64,000 bases of DNA from Candidatus Poribacteria bacterium (GCA_026004875.1 BPJZ01000001.1:1-64000); one strand, 5' to 3'; counted from the stretch's first letter, positions 49,708 to 60,481 are shown. Made by a program: numbers and translations. Notes: generated by a model from the sequence alone, not told the origin.

Positions 49708-50613
49708 ATGCAGACGGTAGTAGGATTTGTCGGCGTGGGGCGGATGGGCAGCAATATGGCCCGGCGGCTAAACGACGTGGGCGTTCCGATCGCCGCCGTC
49801 TACGACGCGGACACCTCAAAGGCCCAATTGCTGGCCAAGGAGCTAGGAGCCCAAGCGGCGGAGACGCCGGCGCAGGTCGCAGCGGCCTCCGAGGTGGTGT
49901 TCACCGTCGTTACCGACGACGCGGCCATGCGGGCCATCTTTAACGAGTCGGACCCCAACAGCCTGATCGCCCACGCCAGCGGTCGCATCTTTGTGAACTG
50001 CGCCACGCTAAGCCCCTCGATTCACCAGGAGGTCGAAGCGGTGGTCGAGCGGCACGGCGGAAATTCCATCGAAGCGTGTATGGCCAGCAGCATCCCGCAG
50101 GCGCGGAGCGGCAGACTATTCCTCATGTGCGGCGGGCGGCGCGAGGTCTTCGAGCGGATGCGTCCCCTGCTAGAACTGCTCAGTGAAGAGCTCCGGTACG
50201 TCGGAGAGACGGGGCGGGCCGCTCAGGTCAAGGCGCTCGTGAACATGGTGATGAACATCAACACGGCAGCCCTGGCCGAAGGACTGGGGCTAGGCGCCGC
50301 GTTAGGGCTGGACGTCGGAATGCTTCGAGAGGTCTTCTCGAAGACCGGTGCGGCCTCACGGGTTTTAGAGACTGACGGCGAGGACATGGAGAAGCGGGAT
50401 CACGAGTGTTACTTCTCAGCGGCCCACGCGATGAAGGACTCCGGAATCGCCCTCCGGCTGGCTGAAGAGGCCGGGTTGAACCTCCCGTTGGCCCGTGCCA
50501 CCTTCGAGCAGTACCGAAGGCTGGTCGAGTTGGGCCTGGGCGAATGGGACAAGTCGGCGATCGCAGAGCTGACCTTCCCCGGCCGCACAGGAACCGGAAC
50601 CCCACAAGGATGA
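49708..50613 (+). CDS. NAD(P)-binding 3-hydroxyisobutyrate/6-phosphogluconate dehydrogenase-like oxidoreductase.
   Basis: VGFVGVGRMGSNMARRL Rossmann motif, HIBADH-family length and pattern. Confidence 0.8.
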   Translation: MQTVVGFVGVGRMGSNMARRLNDVGVPIAAVYDADTSKAQLLAKELGAQAAETPAQVAAASEVVFTVVTDDAAMRAIFNESDPNSLIAHASGRIFVNCATLSPSIHQEVEAVVERHGGNSIEACMASSIPQARSGRLFLMCGGRREVFERMRPLLELLSEELRYVGETGRAAQVKALVNMVMNINTAALAEGLGLGAALGLDVGMLREVFSKTGAASRVLETDGEDMEKRDHECYFSAAHAMKDSGIALRLAEEAGLNLPLARATFEQYRRLVELGLGEWDKSAIAELTFPGRTGTGTPQG

Positions 50614-51569
50614 GCGGCGACCTTGAGTTTGTAGACGGCCACGCCGACACGCTGGCCCGTTACTGGGAGGCCGGAAAGAGCCTCGACCAGCCGCATCCTC
50701 AGGCGGATTTGGACCTCCAACGGGCGTTGGCGGTCGGGCTCCGAGCCCAGTTTTTTGCGTTGGCGCCGGTCTGTCGAGGGGTCTACCGCGAGCCGTTCAG
50801 CCGATGGGCGCTTCAGGTCCTAGACCTGTTGCACTCCGCCGCCGAGCGCCCAGAGGTCCCCTTGCTCCTCGCCACCTCAGCGCAGGACATAGAGACCGCC
50901 CGGCATCAAGGTGCGCTGGCGGCCTTCTTAGCCCTTGAGGGCGCCGATTTTCTGGAAGGCGAACTCGCTCTCCTGCGGGCCTACTACCGACTCGGCGTGC
51001 GGCTGCTGGTTCTGGCCCACTTCCGGAGAAATGCCGCTGCCGACCCGACCACCGAGCCGGGAACTCGAAGCCGACTCACTCGCTTTGGAGAACAGCTCGT
51101 CTTCGAGCTGGCCCGGCTGGGAATTATCTGCGACTGCGCCCACGTCGCCGAAGGATGTGTGGACCACGTCTTTGAGCTCTCCCCCAATCCGGTGGTGTTC
51201 TCTCACGCTAACTGTCGGGCGCTCTGCGACCATCCCCGAAACGTCTCCGACCGCCACCTCAAGCAACTGGGCGCCACCGGTGGGTTGATCGGACTCTCGT
51301 TTGTCCCCTTCTTCGTGGACGCTCAGCGGCCCACCTTGGAGCGCTGGCTCGATCACTTGGACCACGCCGTTCAGGTGGCCGGGATCGAGTCGGTCGCGAT
51401 CGGTTCCGACTTCGACGGCATGGGAGAGGACCACATTCCCGGTCTGGAGGACGTCGGGTGTCTGCCGCGCTTGGCCGAAGAAATCCTTCGCCGCGGATAC
51501 TCCTCTGAGGACCTCCGAAAGATCGCTTCGGAAAACTGGATCCGGCTGATCCGGCAGGTGATCGGTTAG
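50610..51569 (+). CDS. Membrane dipeptidase (peptidase M19 family).
   Basis: ATGA overlap with the upstream stop. ...FVDGHADTL...VFSHANCRALCDHPRNVSD...IGSDFDG... is the renal-dipeptidase-fold motif set. Confidence 0.8.
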   Translation: MSGDLEFVDGHADTLARYWEAGKSLDQPHPQADLDLQRALAVGLRAQFFALAPVCRGVYREPFSRWALQVLDLLHSAAERPEVPLLLATSAQDIETARHQGALAAFLALEGADFLEGELALLRAYYRLGVRLLVLAHFRRNAAADPTTEPGTRSRLTRFGEQLVFELARLGIICDCAHVAEGCVDHVFELSPNPVVFSHANCRALCDHPRNVSDRHLKQLGATGGLIGLSFVPFFVDAQRPTLERWLDHLDHAVQVAGIESVAIGSDFDGMGEDHIPGLEDVGCLPRLAEEILRRGYSSEDLRKIASENWIRLIRQVIG

Positions 51570-52690
51570 CTGCTCAGGTTGCCGATGGCGATCCAGATGC
51601 CACCAGTTCGAGCCGGGAGGGCCCGCTGAAACGGTTCGTCCAGGCCGATTACGTCCACGCGGATCCGTTTCTGACGAAGGACGCCGAAAACCTCGCGACT
51701 GGTGTAGTCGCCGTCTACGTACTCATCGGTCACCAACACAAAGTGACGGGAGGCTCCAGGCCGGAACTGAACCTTTTCAGCGGCGACCATTAAGGCGTTC
51801 AGGGCCTTCTCTCCGCCGCTGCATTTGATCCGATAAAGCCTGCGACGAATCTTTTCCACATCCGCGGTCGGCTGGGTCACCTCGATGTTGCTGGAGAAGA
51901 GACTGTTCAAGGTAGACTCGTGAAAGGTGACGATGCCGATCCGCAGGTCGAGTTGCTGGTCTTGAAGCCGTTGGGCCATCCGGTCTAACTGTCGAGCGAC
52001 CGCGTAGATGTTATCCTGCATGCTCTGGCTGATGTCCAGCAGAAAGACCACATCCAACATCGGAGAGGTGCGATCCGCCGCTGCTAGGCTCTCGGCGATC
52101 GCCTCCAAGGGGGTTTTGATCTCTAAGGACAGGTCCGGGTCGACGGCGACGGCCTGTCGAACGCTCTCAAGCCGCGAAGGGCGGAGTCTAGGTCCGGCGG
52201 GCCGTCGGGACGCGGTGCGCTCCCCATTTCCCAGGCCGGCGCGAGAACCGGTCCCCGTTCCGTCCACAGTCCGGAGCCCCTCTATCGAGGTCAAAAGCGC
52301 TTCCTGCGCGGGCAGCGGATCGGAGACGGAGGGCGGAGCCATCACTAGCGGCACGGAGAGTGTCGTTCTTGGTGTCGGCTGCCAGGAGGTGACGACCAGT
52401 TGCGGACTCGGTTCAGCGACCGGATAAGCGCGTTCGACCGCAGGTGTGCTCAGTGGACGCCGAAGAGACGGCAATCGCTGGCGCTCCCGATCCTCCGGTG
52501 GCGCAAGCAGCACCCAAAAGGCCTCCTCCGAATCCCGCTCCGGAGAGCGAAGCCGGACAAAAAGCACCCCAACCACCAACAGCAAATGTAGGAAGAGCGA
52601 AAAGGCCAACCCCACTGCCGTGGCTCGGGAGCCTGAGCGCCGACGCCCAAAGTAAGACCGGACCTCGACCCTGTTCCCAAGAGCGTTCAT
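51566..52690 (-). CDS. Membrane-anchored von Willebrand factor A (vWA) domain protein.
   Basis: N-terminal TM segment, Pro-rich linker, and a C-terminal MIDAS motif DVVFLLDISQSM. Confidence 0.7.
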   Translation of the reverse strand: MNALGNRVEVRSYFGRRRSGSRATAVGLAFSLFLHLLLVVGVLFVRLRSPERDSEEAFWVLLAPPEDRERQRLPSLRRPLSTPAVERAYPVAEPSPQLVVTSWQPTPRTTLSVPLVMAPPSVSDPLPAQEALLTSIEGLRTVDGTGTGSRAGLGNGERTASRRPAGPRLRPSRLESVRQAVAVDPDLSLEIKTPLEAIAESLAAADRTSPMLDVVFLLDISQSMQDNIYAVARQLDRMAQRLQDQQLDLRIGIVTFHESTLNSLFSSNIEVTQPTADVEKIRRRLYRIKCSGGEKALNALMVAAEKVQFRPGASRHFVLVTDEYVDGDYTSREVFGVLRQKRIRVDVIGLDEPFQRALPARTGGIWIAIGNLSS

Positions 52691-52809
52691 CGCTGGTCCG
52701 TCTCTTCTCCTCCGATCGGATCTCTGTACCGTCTCGAACGCAGGCTCTCGCTCTTAAGCTTACCGTTTTGCCGTCATCCGGAGGAAACGGATAGGAGAGG
52801 TCGGCCGTT

Positions 52810-52850
52810 CCACGTCCCCGCCTAACACGTCCTGCGTAACACGTTCCGCG
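52810..52850. promoter_or_regulatory. Tandem direct repeats with ACGT cores (TAACACGTCCTGCG / TAACACGTTCCGCG, plus CCACGTCC upstream) in the vWA promoter region.
   Basis: Read directly at 52823-52836 and 52837-52850. Confidence 0.35.
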
Positions 52851-52858
52851 TAAAGGGG

Positions 52859-53656
52859 CTACTCCGTGTAAGCGGCGGAAAAGGGGAGCACCTTCAAGTT
52901 GTCCCAGTCGCAATCCATGCAGAAGGCCTCTTCAGGAGAAAGGAAGAAGAGCCGCCCGTTGCACTTGGGACAGGTCTGACCCAAAGGCCGCCTTGGCTGA
53001 TGATCTGAAGGTTGTTCCTCCTCCTGGCGGGTCCGCTCGCTTCGGCCGGCGGGAGGGCCCTGGAGCTCCTGGAGCAGCTGCTGCGTTGGAATTCGCACCG
53101 GCCGAAGCGTCGATGCTCCGTTCTCGACAAACTCGCTTCGGTAGACGCAGGCCTCGTCGGGTAGCTCTTCGACGTAAAGGTAAAGCCGGTACCGCCGTCG
53201 GTCCACCAGGTAGGCGTCCCGGTCAGAAAGCTGCGGATGAGGAAGAATCTCAAAGTAGAACTCGTCATAGCGCGCCTGGAGGGAGCGACCGGCTGTCGGC
53301 AGCGGGACGTTCAGGCGCATCACGCTCCACAGCGCCGAGGAGATGAGCACAGCGTACTCCCGGCTGGGGTACTGGCGCATTCGCTCCAGCGGGATGCTCA
53401 GCGCGTTCTCCGAGGCGACCTGGAGGACGACGAGAAACTTGTTGTAGGCCACCATTTTGGCCTCTTCAAGGGCTGTCTGGAGCGCGTGGCGCCGAAAGGC
53501 GGTCGGAAGTCCGTGGAGGCCGGTCAGCACTCGCCGGTACAGCGGGACGTCCACCCGCACCACATCCGAGACGGTCAGGTCGGGGGCCAGCTCACGTTCG
53601 ATCGAAACCCGATTCGTCTCGACCAATTCAATTCGATAGGGATAGCGCCGCTCCAT
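52859..53656 (-). CDS. Hypothetical protein with a C-terminal zinc ribbon (CPKCNG...CMDC).
   Basis: 265 aa. Four Cys in CxxC...CxxC spacing at the C-terminus. No known family recognised. Confidence 0.5.
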   Translation of the reverse strand: MERRYPYRIELVETNRVSIERELAPDLTVSDVVRVDVPLYRRVLTGLHGLPTAFRRHALQTALEEAKMVAYNKFLVVLQVASENALSIPLERMRQYPSREYAVLISSALWSVMRLNVPLPTAGRSLQARYDEFYFEILPHPQLSDRDAYLVDRRRYRLYLYVEELPDEACVYRSEFVENGASTLRPVRIPTQQLLQELQGPPAGRSERTRQEEEQPSDHQPRRPLGQTCPKCNGRLFFLSPEEAFCMDCDWDNLKVLPFSAAYTE

Positions 53657-54037
53657 GACGCCGATTCCTTCCTCCGCGGTCCCCTCTTGGATCTCTCATC
53701 TCGTTTTGAGCATACCACACCGCAGCCGAAAACGCTAGGCTTCTTGGGGCAAACTGCGGATTCCTCTTGTGGCTGAAGAAAACGGAGGAGACCAAGAGGC
53801 GTTACAACCCCCTCGCGTCCGACTCGCCGGGGGCACTCCGATCGAAGCGACGCGGGCGGTAACCCTTATTTTCAGGAACCGCTCCCGGCTAGAGAGCGTT
53901 CCACTTCCTAGTGGAATTTTACAGGAGAAGGTGTTACACTCGAACGTGTTGTGACAGCGGCTTCCTCGATCAGGGCCCCAAACTCCAGTTTGACGAGGAC
54001 TCACGAACCTGCTGCGACCGGGAAGGGAAAAGCTGCG

Positions 54038-54985
54038 ATGGAAGTTCCAGCTCGACTGCTTCAAGGGATGCTCGCGCTCGGTGTTGCAGGAGGAATGCTG
54101 ATCGGATGCGCGGCTCCCGAGCCGACGATTCTCGTGGAGCCAGACTACGTCCAGACGGAGCCGGACACGATCCTCGAGCAGCCGGTGGTGACGATGGAGG
54201 AAACCCCTTCAGAGGAGCCGCAGGCGGCGACCGATCAGGAGAGCCCGCAGATCGTGACGGCGATGGACCCGCGAGTGGACCAGCTACAAGCGACTGTGCA
54301 ACAGCTCCAGATCGACGTGCAGGACCTTCAGGCCGCCCAGACGGCTACGACGACGGAGCTTCGATTGTTAGGGGGACGCGTTGAGGACTTGGAGGCCGCG
54401 CTCGGCTCGATGGAGAAGAACTTCACCTCGCGCTTTAACAACTTCGACGCGGAGATCGCCCGGATCCGAGAGGCGCTCCAGTCGGGCCGACGACCCAGCG
54501 CATCGCCTGAAGCCGCCCAAGGCGAAGCCGCCGAGGGGAAAGGCTCCCCCGAGGCGCAGCCGGCACAGCGCGACCTGGAGGCCGAAATCGCCTTGGCCGT
54601 GGACGCCTGGCGGCAGGCTTGGCAGAACGAGGACATCGAAGGCTATATGAAGCTTTACTCCCCAACGGCAAAGGTCACCCGAATCGTCCTGATTGATGGG
54701 GGACGGGCCCGGCGGATCAATCTGAATCAGCGCCAACTCCGCGAGCGAATGGAGCGGCTCGCTCAGGAGTACGCCCGAATGGAGGTGACGGTGCGCGGGT
54801 TCCGGGTTTTCCCCGAGGGGGATCGGATGGTGGCCACCTTCGATCAGGAGTTCAACGCCTGGGCCAGCCCGAACGACCTCCGGCCCGCCTACGGCGATCG
54901 GGGCATCAAGACGCTGGTCTTCCGGGAGTACGGCACCGGCCAATGGCTGATCGTCGAGGAGAACTGGGCCCCGCTGATGCGTTGA
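54038..54985 (+). CDS. Lipoprotein with a coiled-coil region and a C-terminal SnoaL-like/DUF4440-like domain.
   Basis: RBS GGGAAGGG; lipobox LIGCAAP. Repeats QLQATVQQLQIDVQDLQAAQ. C-terminus ...AWRQAWQNEDIEGYMKLYSPTAKV... Confidence 0.5.
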   Translation: MEVPARLLQGMLALGVAGGMLIGCAAPEPTILVEPDYVQTEPDTILEQPVVTMEETPSEEPQAATDQESPQIVTAMDPRVDQLQATVQQLQIDVQDLQAAQTATTTELRLLGGRVEDLEAALGSMEKNFTSRFNNFDAEIARIREALQSGRRPSASPEAAQGEAAEGKGSPEAQPAQRDLEAEIALAVDAWRQAWQNEDIEGYMKLYSPTAKVTRIVLIDGGRARRINLNQRQLRERMERLAQEYARMEVTVRGFRVFPEGDRMVATFDQEFNAWASPNDLRPAYGDRGIKTLVFREYGTGQWLIVEENWAPLMR

Positions 54986-55983
54986 CGGACCCGGCCGCCG
55001 ACGGCGAGGAGATCCCGGTCGGCCCTGCGGAGGCCGGTCAGCGGCTGGATCGGTTTCTGGCGGAGCGCCTTCCGGAGGTCTCCCGTTCCGCCGTCCAGCG
55101 GTGGATTCGAGAGGGCCACGTCCGTGTCAATGACAAGCCGGTTCGTCCCCGCTATCTGCTCCGCGCCGGCGATCGCATCTGGGTTCGGCGGCCCGACCCG
55201 GAGCCGGCTCAACTCCACCCTGAGGCACTTCCCCTCTCGATCCTTTACGAGGATGAGGCGATCCTGATCGTTGACAAACCCGCCGGCCTCGTCGTGCACC
55301 CAGGCGCGGGGGTCTCCGGTGGAACCTTAGCGAACGCACTGTTAAGCCGCTACCCGGAGATCGCCCAGGTGGGCGGCCCGGACCGGCCGGGGATTGTCCA
55401 CCGCCTGGATCGAGATACCAGCGGCCTGCTGGTCGTCGCCCGCACGGAGGAGGCCCGTCTTTCGCTGGTGCGCCAATTTGCGGAGCGCTCCGCTCATCGC
55501 CGGTACCTGGCACTTGTCCTGGGACGAACGCCCCCAGAGGGAACGATCGACGCTCCGATCGGACGAAGTGCCCGCGATCGCAGGCGCTTTACCGTTGGGG
55601 GTCTGCGTCCCCGAGCGGCGCAAACGCTCTTCTGGACGCGTGAGATATTCGACTGCCGGAACCAGGGCGGAGGAACTTTTGCGCTCTTGGAGCTGGAACT
55701 GAAAACCGGACGGACCCATCAGATTCGGGTCCATCTCTCCCACTTTGGCCACCCCGTCGTCGGTGATCCCGTCTATGGAGGCGGAAAGCGCCGGGCCGAG
55801 CATGAGGCCCCGCCGGCGCTCCGACCCCTCTTTCGATCGCTGGACCGCCAACTCCTCCACGCCTATCGCTTAACTCTCCGCCATCCGACCCGAGGCGAGC
55901 GGCTCCAGTGGGAGAGCCCCCTCCCCCACGAGTTCCAAGAGATTCTCGAGGCGCTGCGCAGCACTCTTGAGATAAAACACTGA
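54943..55983 (+). CDS. RluA/RluD-family 23S rRNA pseudouridine synthase.
   Basis: S4-like N-terminus (RLDRFLAERLPEVSRSAVQRWI) and catalytic HRLDRDTSGLLVVA. The start is ambiguous; ATG 54943 overlaps the upstream gene, and TTG 54982 is an alternative. Confidence 0.75.
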   Translation: MADRRGELGPADALTDPAADGEEIPVGPAEAGQRLDRFLAERLPEVSRSAVQRWIREGHVRVNDKPVRPRYLLRAGDRIWVRRPDPEPAQLHPEALPLSILYEDEAILIVDKPAGLVVHPGAGVSGGTLANALLSRYPEIAQVGGPDRPGIVHRLDRDTSGLLVVARTEEARLSLVRQFAERSAHRRYLALVLGRTPPEGTIDAPIGRSARDRRRFTVGGLRPRAAQTLFWTREIFDCRNQGGGTFALLELELKTGRTHQIRVHLSHFGHPVVGDPVYGGGKRRAEHEAPPALRPLFRSLDRQLLHAYRLTLRHPTRGERLQWESPLPHEFQEILEALRSTLEIKH

Positions 55984-56219
55984 GCAAAAAGTCCTTTTAA
56001 GAGAGAAACACTATGAAAATTCCCCAAACCCGCATCAGAACTGAATTTTTTCGCTCTGGAGCCCTTCCCCTTTTGAGGCGGCATGGCTATGAATTGAAAT
56101 GAAGACATCCGAAACCTCCTTATGTCACCTCACCGGTGCCCTGTGTCTCTCTTGCCAGCCGTAACTCCCCAGACTTTTGAGACACAGGGCTTTTTGTTTG
56201 GGCAGGTGGAAGGGGTCTT

Positions 56220-57059
56220 TCAGCGATCTGCTTCGGTCAAGAGTCGGGCGACGGCGACAGCGACCCCGTCGGCGTCGTTGCTGGGAACCAGCCACTTCGC
56301 CGCCCGGCGGACCGGCTCTGGAGCGTTGGCCACGGCGATCGCTCGCCCGACGGTCCGGAAGAGCCCTAAGTCGTTCAGGTTGTCCCCCACGGCGGCGACC
56401 TGAGCCAGCGAGATTCTCCAGCGATCGCAGAGCGCTTTCAGAGCGCGTTCCTTGGTCGCCTCCGGATGGGCCCCCTCCAGGAACCAGTACTCGCCGTTCA
56501 GCAGACCGCCGGAGGTGTACCACCGAACCTCTGGAGTGGCCGGGAGCCGCTTCAGGGCGTCCTGGACCCGACGCGCCGGCTCGATCGCGACAATCTGGAT
56601 CGCCCGACGGGGAACCCCGTCCCGGGGCCAGAGCTCTCCGACCGGCTTGAGCACCGAAGCGTTGGAGCGAAAGTAACGCTCTAATACCGGATGGTGAGAA
56701 GGACCCTGATGCCGCAAACGTACGCCCTCCGGTTCTAGGGCGTAAAGGAAGGGGTGGAACTCCTCTGCCCGAGCGCGCCGGATCAATCCCGCGACGGCCT
56801 CTTCGGGAAGGTACCGCTCGTAGAACCGAGTGCCATCGGCGTCCTCAGCGATGGCGCCGTTGTGGGTCACGAGCGCGACCGGAAAGGGGAGTCCTTGGGC
56901 GATCCCTCGGGCGACGGGAAGGTTCCGGCCGGTGACGAAGACGATCCGCCCTCCAGCGGCGACGTACCGCCTGAGCGCCTCGCAGGTTGAGGGGGTCACC
57001 TGCTTCGCCGAATTGAGCAGAGTTCCATCCAGGTCGAGCGCCAGCACTGGGAACCTCAT
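56220..57059 (-). CDS. Cof-type HAD-IIB sugar phosphatase.
   Basis: LALDLDGTLL motif I, ...VTGR..., and C-terminal GDNLNDLGLF motif IV. Confidence 0.8.
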   Translation of the reverse strand: MRFPVLALDLDGTLLNSAKQVTPSTCEALRRYVAAGGRIVFVTGRNLPVARGIAQGLPFPVALVTHNGAIAEDADGTRFYERYLPEEAVAGLIRRARAEEFHPFLYALEPEGVRLRHQGPSHHPVLERYFRSNASVLKPVGELWPRDGVPRRAIQIVAIEPARRVQDALKRLPATPEVRWYTSGGLLNGEYWFLEGAHPEATKERALKALCDRWRISLAQVAAVGDNLNDLGLFRTVGRAIAVANAPEPVRRAAKWLVPSNDADGVAVAVARLLTEADR

Positions 57060-59536
57060 AACGTCCCCATCGGATCACGGTCCAGAATCCCCTGAACGCG
57101 CGGGTACGGGCACCGGCTCAGCGCGGCTCGAAGGTGTGCTCCGGCTTCCTGGAGCGTCTCCGCCTCCTGAGCCAAAAGAAGCAGATGCCAACGGTAAACT
57201 CCCCGCACCCGCGAAAGCGGCGCGGGCGCTGGTCCTCGGACCGTGTAGCGCGGCGGCTCCCCTGGCGGAAGCTCCTCACTCAGCTCTTCTAGGAGCCAGT
57301 GAGCCGCTCGAGCCGTCTCTTGTTCCTCCTCGCCGCGGAGGAGCACCCGCAGCGCGTGGGCAAAGGGAGGATAGCCGTACCGCTCCCGTGCGGCCAACTC
57401 CTGACGGGCAAAGGCTTGATAGTCGTGCCGGGCCGCCGCCTGAACGCTGTAATGCTCCGGTTCGTAGGTCTGGAAGATCACCTCACCTCCCTTTCGGCTT
57501 CGACCCGAACGACCGGCAACCTGGGCCAGCAACTGAAACGTGCGCTCTCCAGCCCGAAAGTCGGGCAGGTGGAGCGTCAACTCCGAGAGGATCACCCCAA
57601 CCAGGGTCAGGTTGGGGAAGTCCAGCCCCTTGGCGATCATCTGCGTGCCGATCAAAAGGTCTACCTCGCCGCGTCGAAAGGCCTGGAGGATGCGCTGGTG
57701 ACTCCCCTTGGTCCGCGTCGTGTCGGCGTCCATTCGGGCTACCCGTGCGTCGGGAAACCGCTCGCGTGCCAGCGCCTCTACCTGCTGGGTCCCAACGCCC
57801 AGATGCCGCACCCGCTCGCTCCCACAGCGACTGCATCGGCGCGGAACGGCTCGAAGATACCCACAGTGGTGGCAAAGGAGCATCTCCGCGTCCCGATGGT
57901 AAGTCAGACTGATGTGGCAGTCCGGGCAGCGCTCCGCCTCGCCGCAGTCCCGACAGAACACGTAGGTCGAAAAGCCCCGGCGGTTTAAAAACAACAGCAC
58001 CTGCTCCCCGCGCTCTAGCCGCTCCTCAATCTTGGTTTGCAGGAGCCGGGAGAAGATGGACCGGTTCCCCGCCTGAAGCTCCTGCCGCATGTCCACGACG
58101 GTCACCGGCGGAAGCGGCAGCTCCTCCACGCGCTCCGGCAGGGGAAGCAGTACCGCGCGCCCGACCTGGGCCGCGTGAAAACTCTCCAACGAAGGGGTCG
58201 CCGAGCCGAGAACCAGCGGGATCCCAAGCCGCTCCGCCCGATGCCGAGCAACCTCACGCGCGTGGTAGCGCGGAGCTGGATCCTCCTGTTTGTAGGTCGG
58301 CTCGTGCTCTTCGTCCACGACGATCAGCCCAAGACGAGGAATCGGCGCGAACACGGCGGAGCGCGGCCCGACGACGATCCGCGCCTCGCCACGACGAACC
58401 CGACGCCACTCGTCGAACCGCTCCCCGTCGGAAAGCCGACTGTGGAGCACAGCGACCTGCTCCCCAAATCGGGCGCTCAGTCGTTCTGCAGTCTGGGGGG
58501 TCAACGAAATCTCCGGCACCAACAGCAACGCCCCCTCCCCCCGTTCCAGAACCCGCTCGATCGCCTGGAGGTAGACCTCCGTCTTGCCGCTGCCGGTCAC
58601 TCCGTGCAAGAGAAAGCATCCAAACTCCCGCCGCCGGATCGCCTCCAGAATCGGGCTCAGGGCCGCCTGCTGATGGGGCGTCAGCGCTAGCGGTCGGCGA
58701 GGCGAAAACGGCGACTCCCCCTCCTCCAGTTCCGAGGGCGTGCGATCCACCTCTTGTTGTCTGATCTCGACCAGCCCCTTCTGACGGAGGGCCTCCAGGA
58801 CGGAACGAGAACCGCCAGTTGCCCGAAGCAGTTCCGGAACGGGAACCGCCTCCCCTAGCCGGAGCAGATAGGTGAGTAGCGCCGCCTGCTTGGGCGCTCG
58901 CGATCGGAGCGCCGTCAGCGTAGAGTCCACCTGCTCCGGTCGAGCGCGAAGCGACTCTGAGACAAAGGCAACGGTGATCCGCCGCGCCTTGACCTGAGCG
59001 CCTCGCTCCTCAACTACCCGAACCGACCCAGCGGCCTCCAGTGCGCTGAGAGCCACATAAAAGGAGCCGCTTCCGACCGCGCGCCGCAGGTCGGACACCG
59101 TCTGGCCGTCGCGCTGCTGAAGAAGGCGAACAATTCGGGCTTGGACCGGCGCACGGTCCGGACGAAACGCCTCCTTTGCTCCCGCTTGGAGAAAGACGCG
59201 CCGCCGTAAAAGCACGCGGAGCCCCCCGGGAATCGCCGCTCGGAGGGCCTCGCCGTACCCGCAGAGGTACCGATCCGCGATCCAACGGCAGAGCTCCAAC
59301 AGCTCTTCATCAAAAAAGGGGGTCGTCTCGAGTAGGTCGGTCAACTCTCGGAGGCGGGAGAGCTCCGCCGGAGGCCGCTCCTTAAGGCCGACGATCACCC
59401 CTTCCAGCGTCCTACCAGAAAAGGGGACCAGAACCCGACAGCCGACCTGCGCCCAAGGGCGAAGCGACTCCGGAACGGCGTAGGTAAACGTTTTCTCTAC
59501 CGGCACCGGAACGGCCACGTCGGCAAAGGGCTTCAT
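57056..59536 (-). CDS. priA: Primosomal protein N' (PriA helicase).
   Basis: 826 aa. Walker A GVTGSGKTE, DEEH, and the Cys-rich zinc-binding insert CRDCGEAERCPDCHISLTYH...CHHCG. Confidence 0.9.
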   Translation of the reverse strand: MKPFADVAVPVPVEKTFTYAVPESLRPWAQVGCRVLVPFSGRTLEGVIVGLKERPPAELSRLRELTDLLETTPFFDEELLELCRWIADRYLCGYGEALRAAIPGGLRVLLRRRVFLQAGAKEAFRPDRAPVQARIVRLLQQRDGQTVSDLRRAVGSGSFYVALSALEAAGSVRVVEERGAQVKARRITVAFVSESLRARPEQVDSTLTALRSRAPKQAALLTYLLRLGEAVPVPELLRATGGSRSVLEALRQKGLVEIRQQEVDRTPSELEEGESPFSPRRPLALTPHQQAALSPILEAIRRREFGCFLLHGVTGSGKTEVYLQAIERVLERGEGALLLVPEISLTPQTAERLSARFGEQVAVLHSRLSDGERFDEWRRVRRGEARIVVGPRSAVFAPIPRLGLIVVDEEHEPTYKQEDPAPRYHAREVARHRAERLGIPLVLGSATPSLESFHAAQVGRAVLLPLPERVEELPLPPVTVVDMRQELQAGNRSIFSRLLQTKIEERLERGEQVLLFLNRRGFSTYVFCRDCGEAERCPDCHISLTYHRDAEMLLCHHCGYLRAVPRRCSRCGSERVRHLGVGTQQVEALARERFPDARVARMDADTTRTKGSHQRILQAFRRGEVDLLIGTQMIAKGLDFPNLTLVGVILSELTLHLPDFRAGERTFQLLAQVAGRSGRSRKGGEVIFQTYEPEHYSVQAAARHDYQAFARQELAARERYGYPPFAHALRVLLRGEEEQETARAAHWLLEELSEELPPGEPPRYTVRGPAPAPLSRVRGVYRWHLLLLAQEAETLQEAGAHLRAALSRCPYPRVQGILDRDPMGTL

Positions 59537-59542
59537 CGGCGC

Positions 59543-60481
59543 TCAGGGAGAATCCGGCGTGGAGGGTCTCAACCCCAACTCGCGCATCACCAGCTGCAGG
59601 TCTTCCCAGGCCTCCCGCTTGGCCGAAGGGTTCCGAAGTAAGAAGGCCGGGTGGAACGTGGGCATTACCTGAATTCCCCCTTCAATGGGGTAAAACCGCC
59701 CCCGAAGCCGCGTGACCCGCTGCCGGGTCTCCAACAGGGTCTGGGCCGCCACCGTCCCCAGCGCGACGATCACCTTGGGTCGGACCAGTTGAATCTGTCG
59801 CAGGAGGTAGGGGAAGCACTCCCGAATCTCGTCGGGCAAGGGATTCCGGTTCTCCGGGGGGCGACATTTGATAATATTGGCGATGTAGACGTCCTCACGG
59901 CGTAGCCCCATTGCGGCGATCATCCGATTGAGAAGCTGCCCCGCACGCCCAACAAAGGGGAGCCCTTGCAAGTCCTCTTCGTGGCCCGGCGCTTCGCCAA
60001 CGAACATCAGATCGGCGTTCCGGTTGCCGGTTCCAAAGACGACGTGCCGCCGCGTCGTGTGAAGGGGGCACTTGGTGCAGCTCCGAGCGCGTTCCTCCAG
60101 CTCCTCCCATCCCAGCGATTCGTACGGCGTCCAGCGGCTGGGTCGAGAGGGCTCGGAGGGCTGAGGCGTCGCAAAGAGCGTCGGCTCCTCCTCGGCATCA
60201 AAGAGTGAGGGCTCCTCCTGAGGACTTCCGTCGTTTTCCCGCATTACCAGCTCTCCTTCCCGCTGAGGTCCGGCATCCTGTCGAGGCGAAGAGACTGCCA
60301 AGGGATGGCTCGGCGCCCTCTCTGCCGGCGAGGGAGTCGGAAGTCGCTGCTGACCAAGCTCCCGAAGCCGATCGAGATAGCGCCGGAGCGAGACAGCGAT
60401 CGCCGCCCATTCCTTCTGGAGGGCGTCCAAATCCATTCGGATCACTCCCTCAGCCGCTGGAACGATTCGCTTGAGGGTCAC
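59543..60481 (-). CDS. Family-4 uracil-DNA glycosylase with an N-terminal extension.
   Basis: ...[36 protein letters not shown]...FVGRAGQLL...HPAFLLRNP are UDG4 Fe-S and catalytic motifs. Confidence 0.85.
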   Translation of the reverse strand: MTLKRIVPAAEGVIRMDLDALQKEWAAIAVSLRRYLDRLRELGQQRLPTPSPAERAPSHPLAVSSPRQDAGPQREGELVMRENDGSPQEEPSLFDAEEEPTLFATPQPSEPSRPSRWTPYESLGWEELEERARSCTKCPLHTTRRHVVFGTGNRNADLMFVGEAPGHEEDLQGLPFVGRAGQLLNRMIAAMGLRREDVYIANIIKCRPPENRNPLPDEIRECFPYLLRQIQLVRPKVIVALGTVAAQTLLETRQRVTRLRGRFYPIEGGIQVMPTFHPAFLLRNPSAKREAWEDLQLVMRELGLRPSTPDSP

